Below, piece after piece: positions 1 to 11,833 of a stretch of 36,208 bases of DNA. Position 1 is the first letter of the stretch. Each line of letters begins with the position of its first letter. The notes under the pieces were generated by a model. The model was not told the origin of the DNA. It saw only the letters and a program-made list of their open reading frames with translations, and ran no database searches. The position numbers and the translations under genes are program-made. The DNA comes from Rotaria socialis (lineage: Eukaryota), in NCBI GenBank assembly GCA_905331295.1, contig CAJNYD010000062.1, positions 558,001 to 594,208 on the forward strand. The letters run 5' to 3'.

Positions 1-661
1 TGTTTTTCAACTGGAGTTTCATCATCTGTGGCTAATTTTTGTGCCTAAAAATACAATTGATTACTATTAAAATTTTATCCTGATATTTCAAGTATATCGT
101 TGTGTTCCATATTCTCATCGGTTTGATTATCTTTCCCTAAAATTCTGAGATGGCATCTGTAGAGATAAAACTAGTATACATACTTTAGCTTGAGCTCTTT
201 CTTGTTTAATTTTTTCTGCTTCTTCATCTGTAACTTCAACAATTCGTGATGATTCGTTTTTTGCAGCGTCTTCTTCTTCACGTTTACGACGTAATTTGTC
301 ACGTCGAATACGATCCGTCTTTTAAAGGAATAAACAGATTTTTTATTCGAATAAAATACGAAAAAATAATTCAGTTACTTCATCTCGTTCGGCTTTGTCT
401 TTCTTATGTTTTTCCACTGCAACTTTTTCCCATTTACGAAATGCTTTTAAAATTAAATCTTCAGGCTTATCTGTAACATTTGGGCTTGTATATAAATCGG
501 TTTTCCGGGCGAAAAAACCAAAAAGTGTATCAAGTAGCTATGCAAAATAAATGAATAAATAAACATGAATTCAAAACTCATTAACAGACTTCCTGAATGC
601 CGCCTGTATGCTGTGAAGCAACGTTCATCAAAATTGCATCGTATTTTTCTGCGTCAGACAT
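1..661 (-). CDS. NUDC: Nuclear migration protein NudC, 5' part (spliced; continues off the left edge of the window)
   Basis: Manual splicing on the minus strand from ATG at 661 (exon 1 = 590-661) gives MSDAEKYDAILMNVASQHTGGIQE|LLDTLFGFFARKTDLYTSPNVTDKPEDLILKAFRKWEK...|TDRIRRDKLRRKREEEDAAKNESSRIVEVTDEEAEKIK. This matches the NudC N-terminus (human [34 protein letters not shown]...IKELTDEEAE). Introns are short GT-AG. Not captured by the ORF track. Confidence 0.9.
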
Positions 662-1688
662 TTTTTTGAAAAATCTGAAATAAATAGTCAACAAAAAATG
701 AATTTTTCATCATTATAAAACTAGTATAGAAATTAATGATCTTCTTGATAACATAACATAACATAGTGATGATGATGAAAGAAATATTAGATAAGGTTAA
801 CAAAATTATTTTTTGTAAATTATTTATAGAAAAAAATCGAGCGTGAATCCCATTCATGTATTATTTTGTGAACAGAGAGTTATCTGGATACCTCATAGGT
901 TGAGATTTTAGATGTTCGAAATTCAATAAGATACACCTTACCAAAAAAACTTAACTATCAATAAATGTCTCGAAATAAACAAAGTTTTTATACAGAGAAA
1001 TATTGTTCACTCGTTGATTTATCTCAAATTGTTTAGCGCCTGGAAAATGAACGAATATGTTGTCAAACTGTTTCAACTGTAAATTGTTAAATCCTTCCAA
1101 TGTTAGTTAATTGTCAGCCATAGTTCAATAATTCTTGTGCATTTTTTTCCTCCTATAACTATGATGTGTAATAAATGAACTTTATTTGGCCTATAAGCAT
1201 GAATATACCGATCTATCGGTTGCTAGGAAATACATAAAATGAGAGAGAAAAACGTGTTATTTCTATTGAAAAAGAATAGAATGAACTTTTGTAATGATCT
1301 ATAATTAAGAGTTGTTGCTTGCTACTGATACGATGAAAGACAATAATGAAAAATAAGTAACTAAATTGACGATCGTAATGATTTTCATGTCAAATGAGTC
1401 CAGAAAATATAGTATAGAACATTGAAAAATATCTATTGGTTCAAGTATTTTATATGCAAATTTTTTGTATTATGAATTGAAAAAGATTGAAAAAAATCTA
1501 AAAAATAATTATAAGCAAATTTTCTTTTATCTAATCGAAAACATTATTGAAGGACAACATACAAGTAATACAAGATGGCGACACATGAATTCATTTTGCT
1601 TGTTCTTTTTTCGAAACCATTTATTATTTACTGACGAAGATTACAATTGATAGTTTAATTATTTTTTAGATTTCATTCATCTACCATC

Positions 1689-1963
1689 ATGGAAAAAAAC
1701 GCAACTGGCGGTGTTATGGCACGTGTTGTCAAAATTCTTGGTCGTACTGGCAGTCAGGGTCAATGTACACAAGTACGTGTTGAAATTATCGATGGATCAC
1801 AATCGAAACGATCGATTATTCGCAACGTAAAGGGCCCGGTGTATGTTATTTATTTTTCTACAGATTTTAATTATATTTTTCAATGTTTTATTTGATTTTT
1901 AGCCGTGTTGACGATGTCCTCGTTCTTCTAGAATCTGAACGTGAAGCTCGTCGCCTTCGATAA
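1689..1963 (+). CDS. RPS28: 40S ribosomal protein S28 (2 exons: 1689-1840, 1903-1963)
   Basis: Spliced translation ...[26 protein letters not shown]...[30 protein letters not shown]. Intron gtatgt...tttag at 1841-1902; AATAAA near 2063. Confidence 0.97.
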
Positions 1964-3224
1964 TCGTCCAATGGTGTTTCTATTAACATCAATTGAACAA
2001 CGGCGATTTCGTTTTTGTTTTCTATGTTATACTCTTTTCCATCAGAGAGTTATTAGAAAATTAATAAACAAAATGATACAATAAGATTTTAAAAAAACAG
2101 CAAAATAAATATTTTCGATTATATGCAATTATTATGGTTGGAAAATCACATAAATTTGTCGATGCTGTTTTGTTGAGGCTTGACTGCGAGAAGTATATCT
2201 TTAGTTTTTAAAGGGCAACAAAAACAAATCAGCAATACAAATGATTAAGAAAAAAACCCAAAATATTATATAGGTGTTCAACTAGCTACTGACCTACTGT
2301 AGCCAACAAACTGTTTTTCTACTGATAATTCTGCACAGTTTTATCTTATATTCTTCATTAGGAAAAGCGAATTTTAGTTGCATAGTTTGAATTAATACGG
2401 GCTTAAGTTAGAATGTTTTGCTTTATTTCTATTCTAATATAAGAAAAAAAAACTACTGTTATAATGATGAGCAATTTAAACCACGCACTAGTGGCGAGCG
2501 TATCTGCGTTTTATAAAATGAATAGAATCTTGATGTAAAACCAATTGAATGAATTTTTTCGTCATAGAATTATTTTATTCGCTACATATCGCCTTGAGTC
2601 AAGCTAATCTAGTAAATTACGTTTCATGTAAACACTACCGGTTGTTACCGGAATAGGTAAAGTACAACGAGGATGTAGAATTTTGTTACGACAGATGATC
2701 TATGATTTTTATTTAGAAAAATTAGAATAACAAACGCAAAACGGCTCTTATGCGAAATAAAGATATTTTTGTAGCATGCAAATATATAATCGCAAGATTT
2801 CGGATCGAATAGATGTTTGATTTTGTTTTTTATTAAATACAAATACTATAATAATGTCACATAAATTTTAATATGAAACCCAATTGAAAAATAAAATGAA
2901 TAAATATCAGCTATTGTTCATATTAGAATATGTACGAACTCTTTCTTTCAATGTTCAATACAACAGCCAAATTTTAATAGCAACAATATTTAAGACGAAT
3001 ATAATATTCTTCTAAATAAAGATTTCTATCTCGTTTCTCTCTAAAAATAGTTGTTTCATAACTGCGAAAATACGAAAAATCAGGCCTATGACTTTGTGTC
3101 ATGTATACGTTTAATGAATCATAGCGTTAATGCGTTGTATTTTCATTAGCTGTAAGTATAAAAACTCTAACCAAATTCTAAATTCAACATAACAAATACG
3201 ACTATTTCTATAATAATTACAAAC

Positions 3225-4261
3225 ATGAATCGTTGGTTCATATTGGCTTCAATTCTTATTGACTTCGCTGCTTGTCAAGCTCCTGCTCAAGCTGCACTAT
3301 TGAGCTCATTCGGACAATGTTCTTACACAGGTGATCCACATCTTATACCATTTCCAACAGGAGTAAACCAACCAGTTAATATGTATTTTTGTAACAAGAG
3401 CCAATGGGAAGTACTTCTTCAAAATAAATGGATTTTGGTTATTGTTAAAGCCGGTCCAAGCCCATTTGTTATTGTTGATGTAAGTTGAATTGCTCTATAT
3501 ATAAATAAACTAATTTCATTTTAGCATTTGGTCATATTCTTTGATGGCAACTTAGGTATTAAATGTATATTAAGTGGTAGTCTTGGCTTATCAACATGCC
3601 CACTTACTTCATCAGTTGTATCAATCACAAATACACTTGGAACAGCGTGGAGTCATTGGTATCCGGCTGCCTCATTCTTGAATATTCAAATTACATCTTA
3701 CGTATGTTTTATTCTTATAATAAACATATGAAAATTTCCCTTTTCTTACTCTAGCCGTGGGGAGTAGCCAAACGTTATGATATAACTATTCGAGAAACAT
3801 TCGCTTTGATTGGCCAATCAGCAGGTCTCTGTGTTAAACACAATTGTCCATTAGAAAGAGTTATATCAGTTCCACCTCCAGTTGTTGTAAACGTTTGCGA
3901 GATTTATATTAGGGCAGTACCACGAAAATATGCAGCTGGTCTTGCTGCGAACTTCGTTGGTCTTGTACGACTTGCTTGCCATAATGATCTCTTACTTACA
4001 ATGAACATGAGAGTAAAAGCGAAAAAAAAAACTTCATATTTATTTTCTTCTTCTATTTAGTTTGCTCAAACAACACTTCCTCTTTTGGTTTACAGTGCTC
4101 TTTCCCAATTGAATAGTGATAACTATAAAGCTGGCGTTATTAAAGCCGAAGCGGATATTAGTGCAGCTCTTGTTCTAGCCGATGCTGCAGCTCTGGCTGA
4201 AGTCGCAAAGAATGGAATATGTTGGGAAGGAAAGCATTGTTTATCGACCGGCGATGATTAA
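3225..4261 (+). CDS. Secreted Cys-containing protein with an N-terminal VWD-like motif, about 296 aa (exons 3225-3479, 3525-3701, 3755-4012, 4061-4261)
   Basis: Signal-peptide-like N-terminus. CSYTGDPHLIPF resembles the VWD start motif C-x3-GDPH-x3-F, and a later GLC resembles the VWD GLCG. Three phase-0 GT-AG introns give a continuous ORF. TATA-like tataaaa near 3157; AATAAA near 4318. Confidence 0.75.
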
Positions 4262-4468
4262 AAGACATTTTCACTTATTTTATCCTATATTTTCTTTTTC
4301 CTTTCTCTACATGGCACAATAAAAATCAAGATTTATCTTTTTATTAATTCTTAAAATCAAATAAATTTATTGTATGATGCAAAATGATGATGCAGGAGTT
4401 ATAAAAAGTATTAGATGACGCGAAAATGAAAGTATTCATGAAAAAAATAATGTGACCTATAAAACAAA

Positions 4469-5052
4469 CAGCGGCGTAGCCAAGGGGGGGGGGGGCAAAT
4501 GGGCCATTGCCCATTTGATTTTTTAGTTTGCCCATTGAAATTTTTTTACTGTAACTTTGCCCATGGAAATTTNCCCATTGAAATTTTTTTTACTGTAACT
4601 TTGCCCATGGAAATTTTTTTCTTTCAAAACTTTTGAGTTATTTTAATCTATGTAAAAAGTAAACTGTTCGCCTGCGTTACGCTCAAGTTGTACATGCATC
4701 TCGTACTTGTATGTTAAGAACTAGTATTATGTCTTTTTGTGCATAAAATTGGTTTTTATGTTTTGGTTTACTAAAAGAACATCAATTCGTAGTTTTATTT
4801 TATGAAAAGAGTATTTTTTTTTGTGTAGTTAAAAGAAACTAGTGTGATATTCTTGTTTTACTGAAAGTTTTATACTATTATTTTGTTATTATTTGAACCT
4901 CATCTTATTTTTGTTTTATTGTCCTTTTTTTGATATTTTTGAGACTGAAATAGTTTTGCCTATCAATAAAAATATTGCCCAAATTGCCCATATCTTTTTT
5001 TATACACAACACAAGTTTGCCCATAACGCTAAAAATCCTGTATACGCCATTG
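4469..5052. mobile_element. Non-autonomous DNA transposon (MITE) with hAT-like ends
   Basis: Left end CAGCGGCGTAGCCA; right end reverse complement CAATGGCGTATACA (imperfect TIR). Many subterminal TTGCCC(AT) repeats lie at both ends. No clear 8-bp TSD. Confidence 0.6.
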
Positions 5053-5632
5053 GTAACTACATCTTAATTTTTCGTAATTACGGGTCACAGTGCGATCACA
5101 GTTTCATCGTAATGAAACACATGAGATTTATGCTCAGTTATCAATCGTTTTTTCCATGAAAATCATTTCGACGCTATAAAATGTGAAGTCTCTTAGCTAG
5201 ATAGTTTTGAATAGCTACGTTCTACACGACTAAATTCTTTCAGTAGAGGATTGGCGACGCTAACGTCGCGTTACCTTGTTATTTCGTTGTTGAGGTTGGC
5301 GGTGTCACCCAACTGGTATCACCCAAAGGACTGAAAGATAACGTGAGCGAGAGCAGTAAAGAATGTGTGTGATTTTGTTGCGTTTCTTGTTGCAAAGGAC
5401 TGCAGTGTGATTAACAAAAGAGCATGTTACAAAATATATAGTTAGTTGAGTATGATAACTGTAAGATAAGGATTGAAGCAAGTGTGAATGGATTCTTTTG
5501 AAAATAGGTTTAGTAACTCTGTCATCGTCCGTCTCGTCCTCCTCCTCCTCAATTTAATCAAGAATCGTCGAAGAATATGATCAAGTTCTTATTGTTCTTT
5601 GAAATTTCATCTTTAAAACGAAAAGAATACAT

Positions 5633-6400
5633 TCAGTGATAAACTATTGAAATATCAGCTTGATTCCACTTGGTTTCATTGTATGTATGTATCGTGTTGA
5701 TCTCATCACTTGTACAGCATGGCCCTGGAGGATAACCTCGAATGCTCGAAGCCATAAAGTCACCTCTAGCTGGAACAAAAACGTGAGATTCAAGTTCCAG
5801 AAGCCATTCGACCAATTGTGCATGAATCATGGATGAGCCGCTTTTCAATGTTTCTTTTGTTTGAGCAATACTATCAAAACGATAAAAACCAAAATTGGAA
5901 CTGTTAACAGTTAAATTCAATTGTGGATCAAGTTGTGATGCTGTATATAAATCTTGACCCAATATGATCGAACCGTTGCTTGTTCGAATGAGATATTTTA
6001 CGTAGTCATTAGATATTGACAAAGATATGTTGATGCATCGATTTGTTGAAGAACTGATTGAGACATTCCCAGATTTCCAACCTAGAGCATCATTAGCGTA
6101 AGACCACCATTTATCTGTTTGAGGAACGTACGTCAGACCAATATCTAGACCAGCACCATTCAAACGATTGAAAACGCCAAGACTTGAGAAAAAACCATCA
6201 GTGATCAATGTTTCATTAGTAGGTATGATAATCATTGGCAAGCACTGTATCAGTGTCGTTGATGAAAACGAATATAAACATGATGTATCAACACGATACC
6301 AAGCACCAGTGCCACCACCATCCCAAGCTTGCATACAGGGCAATACATATGAATGAAAATTGCTAATGATTAGGATGAAATAGAAGACGATAGATTTCAT
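5633..6400 (-). CDS. Intronless secreted protein, 255 aa, possibly YrpD-like (candidate foreign gene)
   Basis: Uninterrupted ORF with a signal peptide (MKSIVFYFILIISNFHS). The segment SLGVFNRLNGAGLDIGLTYVPQTDKW recalls the Bacillus YrpD segment YSGF...EADIGLQYS...VW (from memory). Confidence is high for the CDS and lower for the family. Confidence 0.75.
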   Translation of the reverse strand: MKSIVFYFILIISNFHSYVLPCMQAWDGGGTGAWYRVDTSCLYSFSSTTLIQCLPMIIIPTNETLITDGFFSSLGVFNRLNGAGLDIGLTYVPQTDKWWSYANDALGWKSGNVSISSSTNRCINISLSISNDYVKYLIRTSNGSIILGQDLYTASQLDPQLNLTVNSSNFGFYRFDSIAQTKETLKSGSSMIHAQLVEWLLELESHVFVPARGDFMASSIRGYPPGPCCTSDEINTIHTYNETKWNQADISIVYH

Positions 6401-7089
6401 TTAACAATTCTGAAATCAAAAACATATGACAAGATATTTCAGTGAAAACAATGTTTCTTATTTTAAAATTTTTGATTTCTGCTGTAACATGATTTGAGAG
6501 TATTGTTTCAATTTATTCTTCGTGTAGAATTAAAATACAGCATTTGAACATGCGAAAGAATTATTCGAAACAAAATTTAGTGGTGCCTGTAGTGAAAACT
6601 TTTAACGTGGTTTTAGTCAAGATAAAACACTGGAGATATCATCTGATGTTTTATTTTAATGTTGATAACGATTGGACTAACAATTTCTATCGTTTATTTA
6701 TCGCCACCTAGGCAAATAATATACTATCTCGGAGCTTGTCGTCATCTCCTTTTTTGTTTTAGAAAGTTGTTAAGAAATAAATGTACACAAATATATTAGT
6801 TATATACATTTGAACACTATATTTGGATCTAGTACGTGTTGGAAGAAAAGCAATGATAGAATAGAAACTTATGGATGCTTTGCAGTGATTTGAGCATATT
6901 TGATGAATATCCAAGACAGGTTTTTCTCCTACTAGATAGGTGCGCCATCTACAACTAAAATTTGATTGCTTGGTTCTACTTTCATGTTCAATGATTCATT
7001 CAGAATATGTATGTTCCTGCGATTTCAACTTACTGGCAAATATTATAAATCTTTTCGGTTTCAGAAAAAGTTGTTTGTTGTTTCTCAGA

Positions 7090-9386
7090 ATGACTACACG
7101 TCGTACTAAAAAGTTGCTTTATGTAAAAGAACGTAAAGCGAAATTTGCTGCTCGACAAACAACACGTGCTGAAATTTTACATGTTGAGGAAGAAGGGTAA
7201 AATTATAAAACACAAAACGACATTTACTAGTGGATTTTATTTTTTATTCTATTCATAGTTATATTACTTCTGATAAAGTTGATGAAGAAGAGCAACGAAC
7301 AGTTGATTTAACCCAAGCCGATATTAAATCATCAGTTGATATATTTAGTGCTCAAAAACGTTTTGATCTTGAACTTCCATTATATGGACCTTACAAAATC
7401 GATTATACTAGAAATGGACGGTCAGTATTTGATATACAATAAACTATTCATATATAAATTATGTTTTTGGCTTTTTTCTTTCAGACATTTATTATTAGGT
7501 GGACGAAAAGGTCATGTAGCTGCATTTGATTGGCAAACAAAAAAATTACATTGTGAAATGAATGTCATGGAACAAGTGAATGATGTCAAGTAAGTAATTT
7601 AAACAGAAATACTTTCTTCTTATGATCTATTTTTTTGAAGGTGGTTACACATTGAAACAATGTATGCTGTTGCACAACGGCAATGGACGTATATCTATGA
7701 TAATCAAGGTGTTGAAGTACATTGTCTTAAAGTGCTTGATCGTTCATTGCATCTAGAATTTCTCCCATATCATTTCTTACTTGCTGCTACAGTAAATAAA
7801 AACATTATTTTGAAATTTATCATTGTTTAAATACAATTTTTCTAGAATGAAGCAGGATATTTATCATATATAGATGTATCCATTGGAAAGAAAGTTGCTT
7901 CCTATAATACAAGAGTAGCAAATGGAAATGGTAAATGTGGTACATCGATAATGTGTCAAAATCCTTCCAATGCACTTATTGGTCTTGGTCACGCTGGCGG
8001 TGTTTTAACATTTTGGTCACCGAATCAACGTGAACCATTAGTCAAAATGCTTGCACACAAATCAACACTTCGATCAATAGCAATCGATCGAACTGGAAGG
8101 TAAGAAAAACGTTCAATACCATATTTTCTCGTTTGATAAATATTCATTTTTAGTTATATGGCAACAAGTGGTGTGGATGCTAAATTGAAAATTTGGGATT
8201 TAAGAACTTACAAATGTTTACATGAATATCGTACAGCATCAAATGGTGCATCGTCATTGTCGTTTAGTCAAAAGAATCTTTTAGCAGCAAGTTACAGGGA
8301 TGTAGTCGAGGTAATTAGCCTGTATTTTCTATAACTATACATTTCCAAGTATAGCGAGATTTTGTGATCGAATATTGATGTTTGAGAAACGAGAGATTTG
8401 AAAGTTTTAACCTCTTCACTTCAATTTCTACTAGTCTATTGAGTAAAAGCCATGTTTTAAATTTCTCAGCTCAACTTGATAGTAATCTTATGCAAGTCAA
8501 ATGCTCATTGGTTTTTCATCGAAGAATAGTGCTTGATGGATCGCTATATTTAATCTGCTAAATTCTACGTTGGTTAGCTTCAGATCGTTATTAAAATGAA
8601 TTTTTTCTTTATTTTCAATTATGGTAAATTTGTTTTTCACTCTTGCCAAATGATCGAATCATTTTCTTTTAAGTAATCTACTTCTATGACAAATAATAAT
8701 CATGTCAAATCGTATTTAAATTATCAAACGATAAATTTAAATATATAATGAAATTTTTTTCTATGAAAATCAATTAATTATAACATTAGTTTAGATTAAC
8801 ACATTCTTTTTGTATAGATTTACAACGATATATGTGATAATGAATCTGCATCAAACGAATTACCACGTTATCTTCTTCATCAATGTTCAAATGGTGCTTC
8901 AGCATCGTCATTAGCATTTTGTCCATATGAAGATGTGTTAGGTGTTGGACACGAACGAGGATTTGTTTCATTACTTGTACCTGGTGCCGGTGAACCAAAT
9001 TTCGATGCACTAGAAGCAAATCCATATCAAACGAAAAAACAACGAAAACATGCAGAAGTTAAACAATTACTTGATAAAGTATGTGAAATAAATTTCGAAC
9101 AATATTGTTTTTCTTATTGTCATATTTCTTCATTTAGATTCAACCAGATATGATCACTTTAGATAATTCAGTATTAAGTGAAATCGATCGAAAAGGTTTT
9201 ATTCGGAAACAAGAAGATAAACGAAATAATTTCAATTTTGTCAAACCCAAAGAATTAATTATTCAATCCGATAAGAAAAAGGGAAAAATTGGTAAACGAC
9301 TGGCGCGTAAAACGCAAATACGCGATACTAAGCTCAAAGAGTTTCTTCAACAGCAACAATTAAAACGCAAAAAGAATAAAAATTGA
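7090..9386 (+). CDS. WDR46: WD repeat protein 46 (UTP7/BING4), SSU processome component, 8 coding exons
   Basis: Spliced motifs include [55 protein letters not shown], and the BING4CT region [59 protein letters not shown]. Long intron at 8311-8817; AATAAA at 9430. Confidence 0.95.
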
Positions 9387-9514
9387 TATGTTTTCTTCTT
9401 GTTAAGTTTTGTTTTTGTTATCTGTTTTGAATAAAAATCAAGCAACATAATCGTATTGTTTTCTTAATTCAAAATCAACAACACAATTTCCATTCTCTGT
9501 GTATATTGCAGGCG

Positions 9515-11318
9515 ATGATTGATTGGACTTGGCTTTGGCTAGTCGGTGAAATTGGTATATCGTATGGATTTTATCGATGGTGGAGATCAAATGATCAATT
9601 CTTGGCTGTTTTAGAGGTACACATATACTTTTCTAAAACTCCAAAATATTCTTCTTCATATTCAGAATTCTTTTACCATAAAAGTGAAATAGAGCGTTTT
9701 ATTACATTCAATAGCATATAAATTTCGTACACATATTTATTTTTATTCTTTCGGCCAGTGTCTTGAATAATGTACGTGAAATGTTCGATATGGAATGTGG
9801 TATTGAAAATAATAATAATTAGTATTACCGTGTCCTGGACGGATGATATCTACATAGAAGTCCTTCATGGCATTTTCTCGTGCTAATAGAGTATCTCTAC
9901 GATGACATTGCACATGATAAGATTTTTCCTCAGCTGGCGTATCATGAAAAAATGCAAGCAAGAACATACTGTACTGATTGAGTGCTAGACATGTTAACTG
10001 TGACTTTTTTCATTAACGTCATTGGTGTGAAGCAAAAGTCGATTCATTCGCGCAAGAATATTTTTATCGATTACAAACTATAATAGATTGTAATGAACTG
10101 CTGGGTTGAGTTACCATTTTTACGATAAAAAAAACCATTTTCTATACATTTTGATATGAATTTTAAAATTTTATCGTTACAATTAAAAAATAACACAAGA
10201 AACTAGTGTTATTAGAAATCATAGATTTATATTGATCCATTAATAATGAGAAGCTAAAATTTGTTATTCTAGTTGGCACCCGATATTGATATAGATGATT
10301 TAAAACAGTTCTCATCATCAAGAACTTTTATCGATTATGCAGCCATCCATGGAATCGTCCGAACAAATGATTCGAAGCCAAGTTCAGTACTAACATCTCA
10401 ATATCTTCCCCATTGTCTAGGTGTTGTTCGACGGGTAGTTTTACGTGAAAAAAAATTAGAAAAATTTCGTGATTCTTGGTAAATATTTTTAAGAAAAAAT
10501 ATTTTCACAATAAATTTCCTTTCTCTTCAATTAAGGACTGAAACATATAAAACTATTAGTGATGTATCACATTACATACCTTTCAGACTTATTTCACCAT
10601 CAGAAAACTATATTCGTATCGATCAACCATTAAAATTTAGTTCAGTGGTAAATCAATTACAAGTAACTCATGTAAAATTTGAACCGAATACTACATCTGC
10701 CATGCAGAAATTGGTTGATACTTTTATTGGAGATCTATCAAAAGGTTAAAAACAAAATAGGACTAGTCATGTAAATAGAAAAACTAAAATTTACTTTTGT
10801 TTTATTTAGGTATTGAAACAAGAGAGGAAATGTTATTAGTCGATAGTTCATTAACCGGTGTGGGTAGTCTTGAAAAACAGTCGAATGGTATTTGGTGTCT
10901 TGTTCCACATAAAACATGGGGTGGAATATTAACACGATCATCGCGCGCTGAAATCATTTCTGAATATCGTGATCGCTCCTATTATGTTCGAATTTTTAGT
11001 ATATGCTTTGGCATAGCTACTATTGGTACAGCTATTTATCTAATACATAAATACTATTTCACAAATCGACGACAAACAAATCGTTTACCAAATATTTTAC
11101 CAGTCAATAATGACCATGCAACCGATGATCACACTAATGCTCGGCTTCAATGTGTTATATGTTTAGAAAATGAAATTATGTATAGTCTTCAACCATGTTC
11201 CCATTTGGGCTTATGCCATTTATGTGCACAAACTTTACAAGCAAGAAATCGCGGCGAAGAATTATGTCCACTTTGTCGTACACCTATTCAAGAATATCAA
11301 CGTATTTTTTTACCATAG
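9515..11318 (+). CDS. MUL1: Mitochondrial E3 ubiquitin ligase MUL1-like (TM + GIDE domain + TM + C-terminal RING); exons 9515-9616, 10273-10478, 10536-10744, 10810-11318
   Basis: N-terminal TM segment, then YAAIHGIVR...L.SQY, KG IETREEMLLVDSSLTGVGSL (typical of MUL1 GIDE), a second TM, and the C3HC4 RING CVICL...PCSHLGLCHLC...CPLCRTPI. The GT-AG introns keep the frame. Confidence 0.9.
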
Positions 11319-11833
11319 AATGTTTTCTATGTATATACATGTGTTTTGTATGTCTTGTTTTAGGCTTTTTTCTTACTAACATGATGTTTTTCTTTTATAT
11401 TATTTATATGGAGTTACATCCTTTTGGTTATTTGAGAATAACAATGTCGAATTTCACACGTGTGCGTTTAAACAACAGAAATCTTTTCCTCATTTTGAAA
11501 CGATAATAAAAAGAGAACGTTGTTCGAGGTTTCTTTCTTAATATTGCTTTATCATATATCTGTTAGTCTTTTCTTGACTGATACTGCTCGGTAATGATGA
11601 ATACGGCAAATTACTGTGATGAATATGACGTTGTTTTGTAGGCTTCTCAGTTGTATTTGCTCTAGAAAAGATTTCAGGTATGATAGTCAGCGGAAGAAAA
11701 AGAAAATAGTTTATTTGGATTCTTTTTCCGTTCTTTTTCTTTCTTTACGAGGATATAAATAGTAAAAAAAAGAATTTAGCTTTGCTTGCACATTACTATT
11801 TTTTTATTTAAGATTGTAAAGAGTCTTTTGATC

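Noticed and set aside
246..857. ORF-track entries 246-476 (+) and 654-857 (-)
   Set aside because: These are antisense or out-of-frame to the spliced NudC gene and its upstream region.
4528..4620. Tandem duplication of about 45 bp (cccattgaaattttttt...ttgcccatggaaattt)
   Set aside because: The two copies flank a single N at 4573, which is typical of an unmerged contig overlap (assembly artefact).
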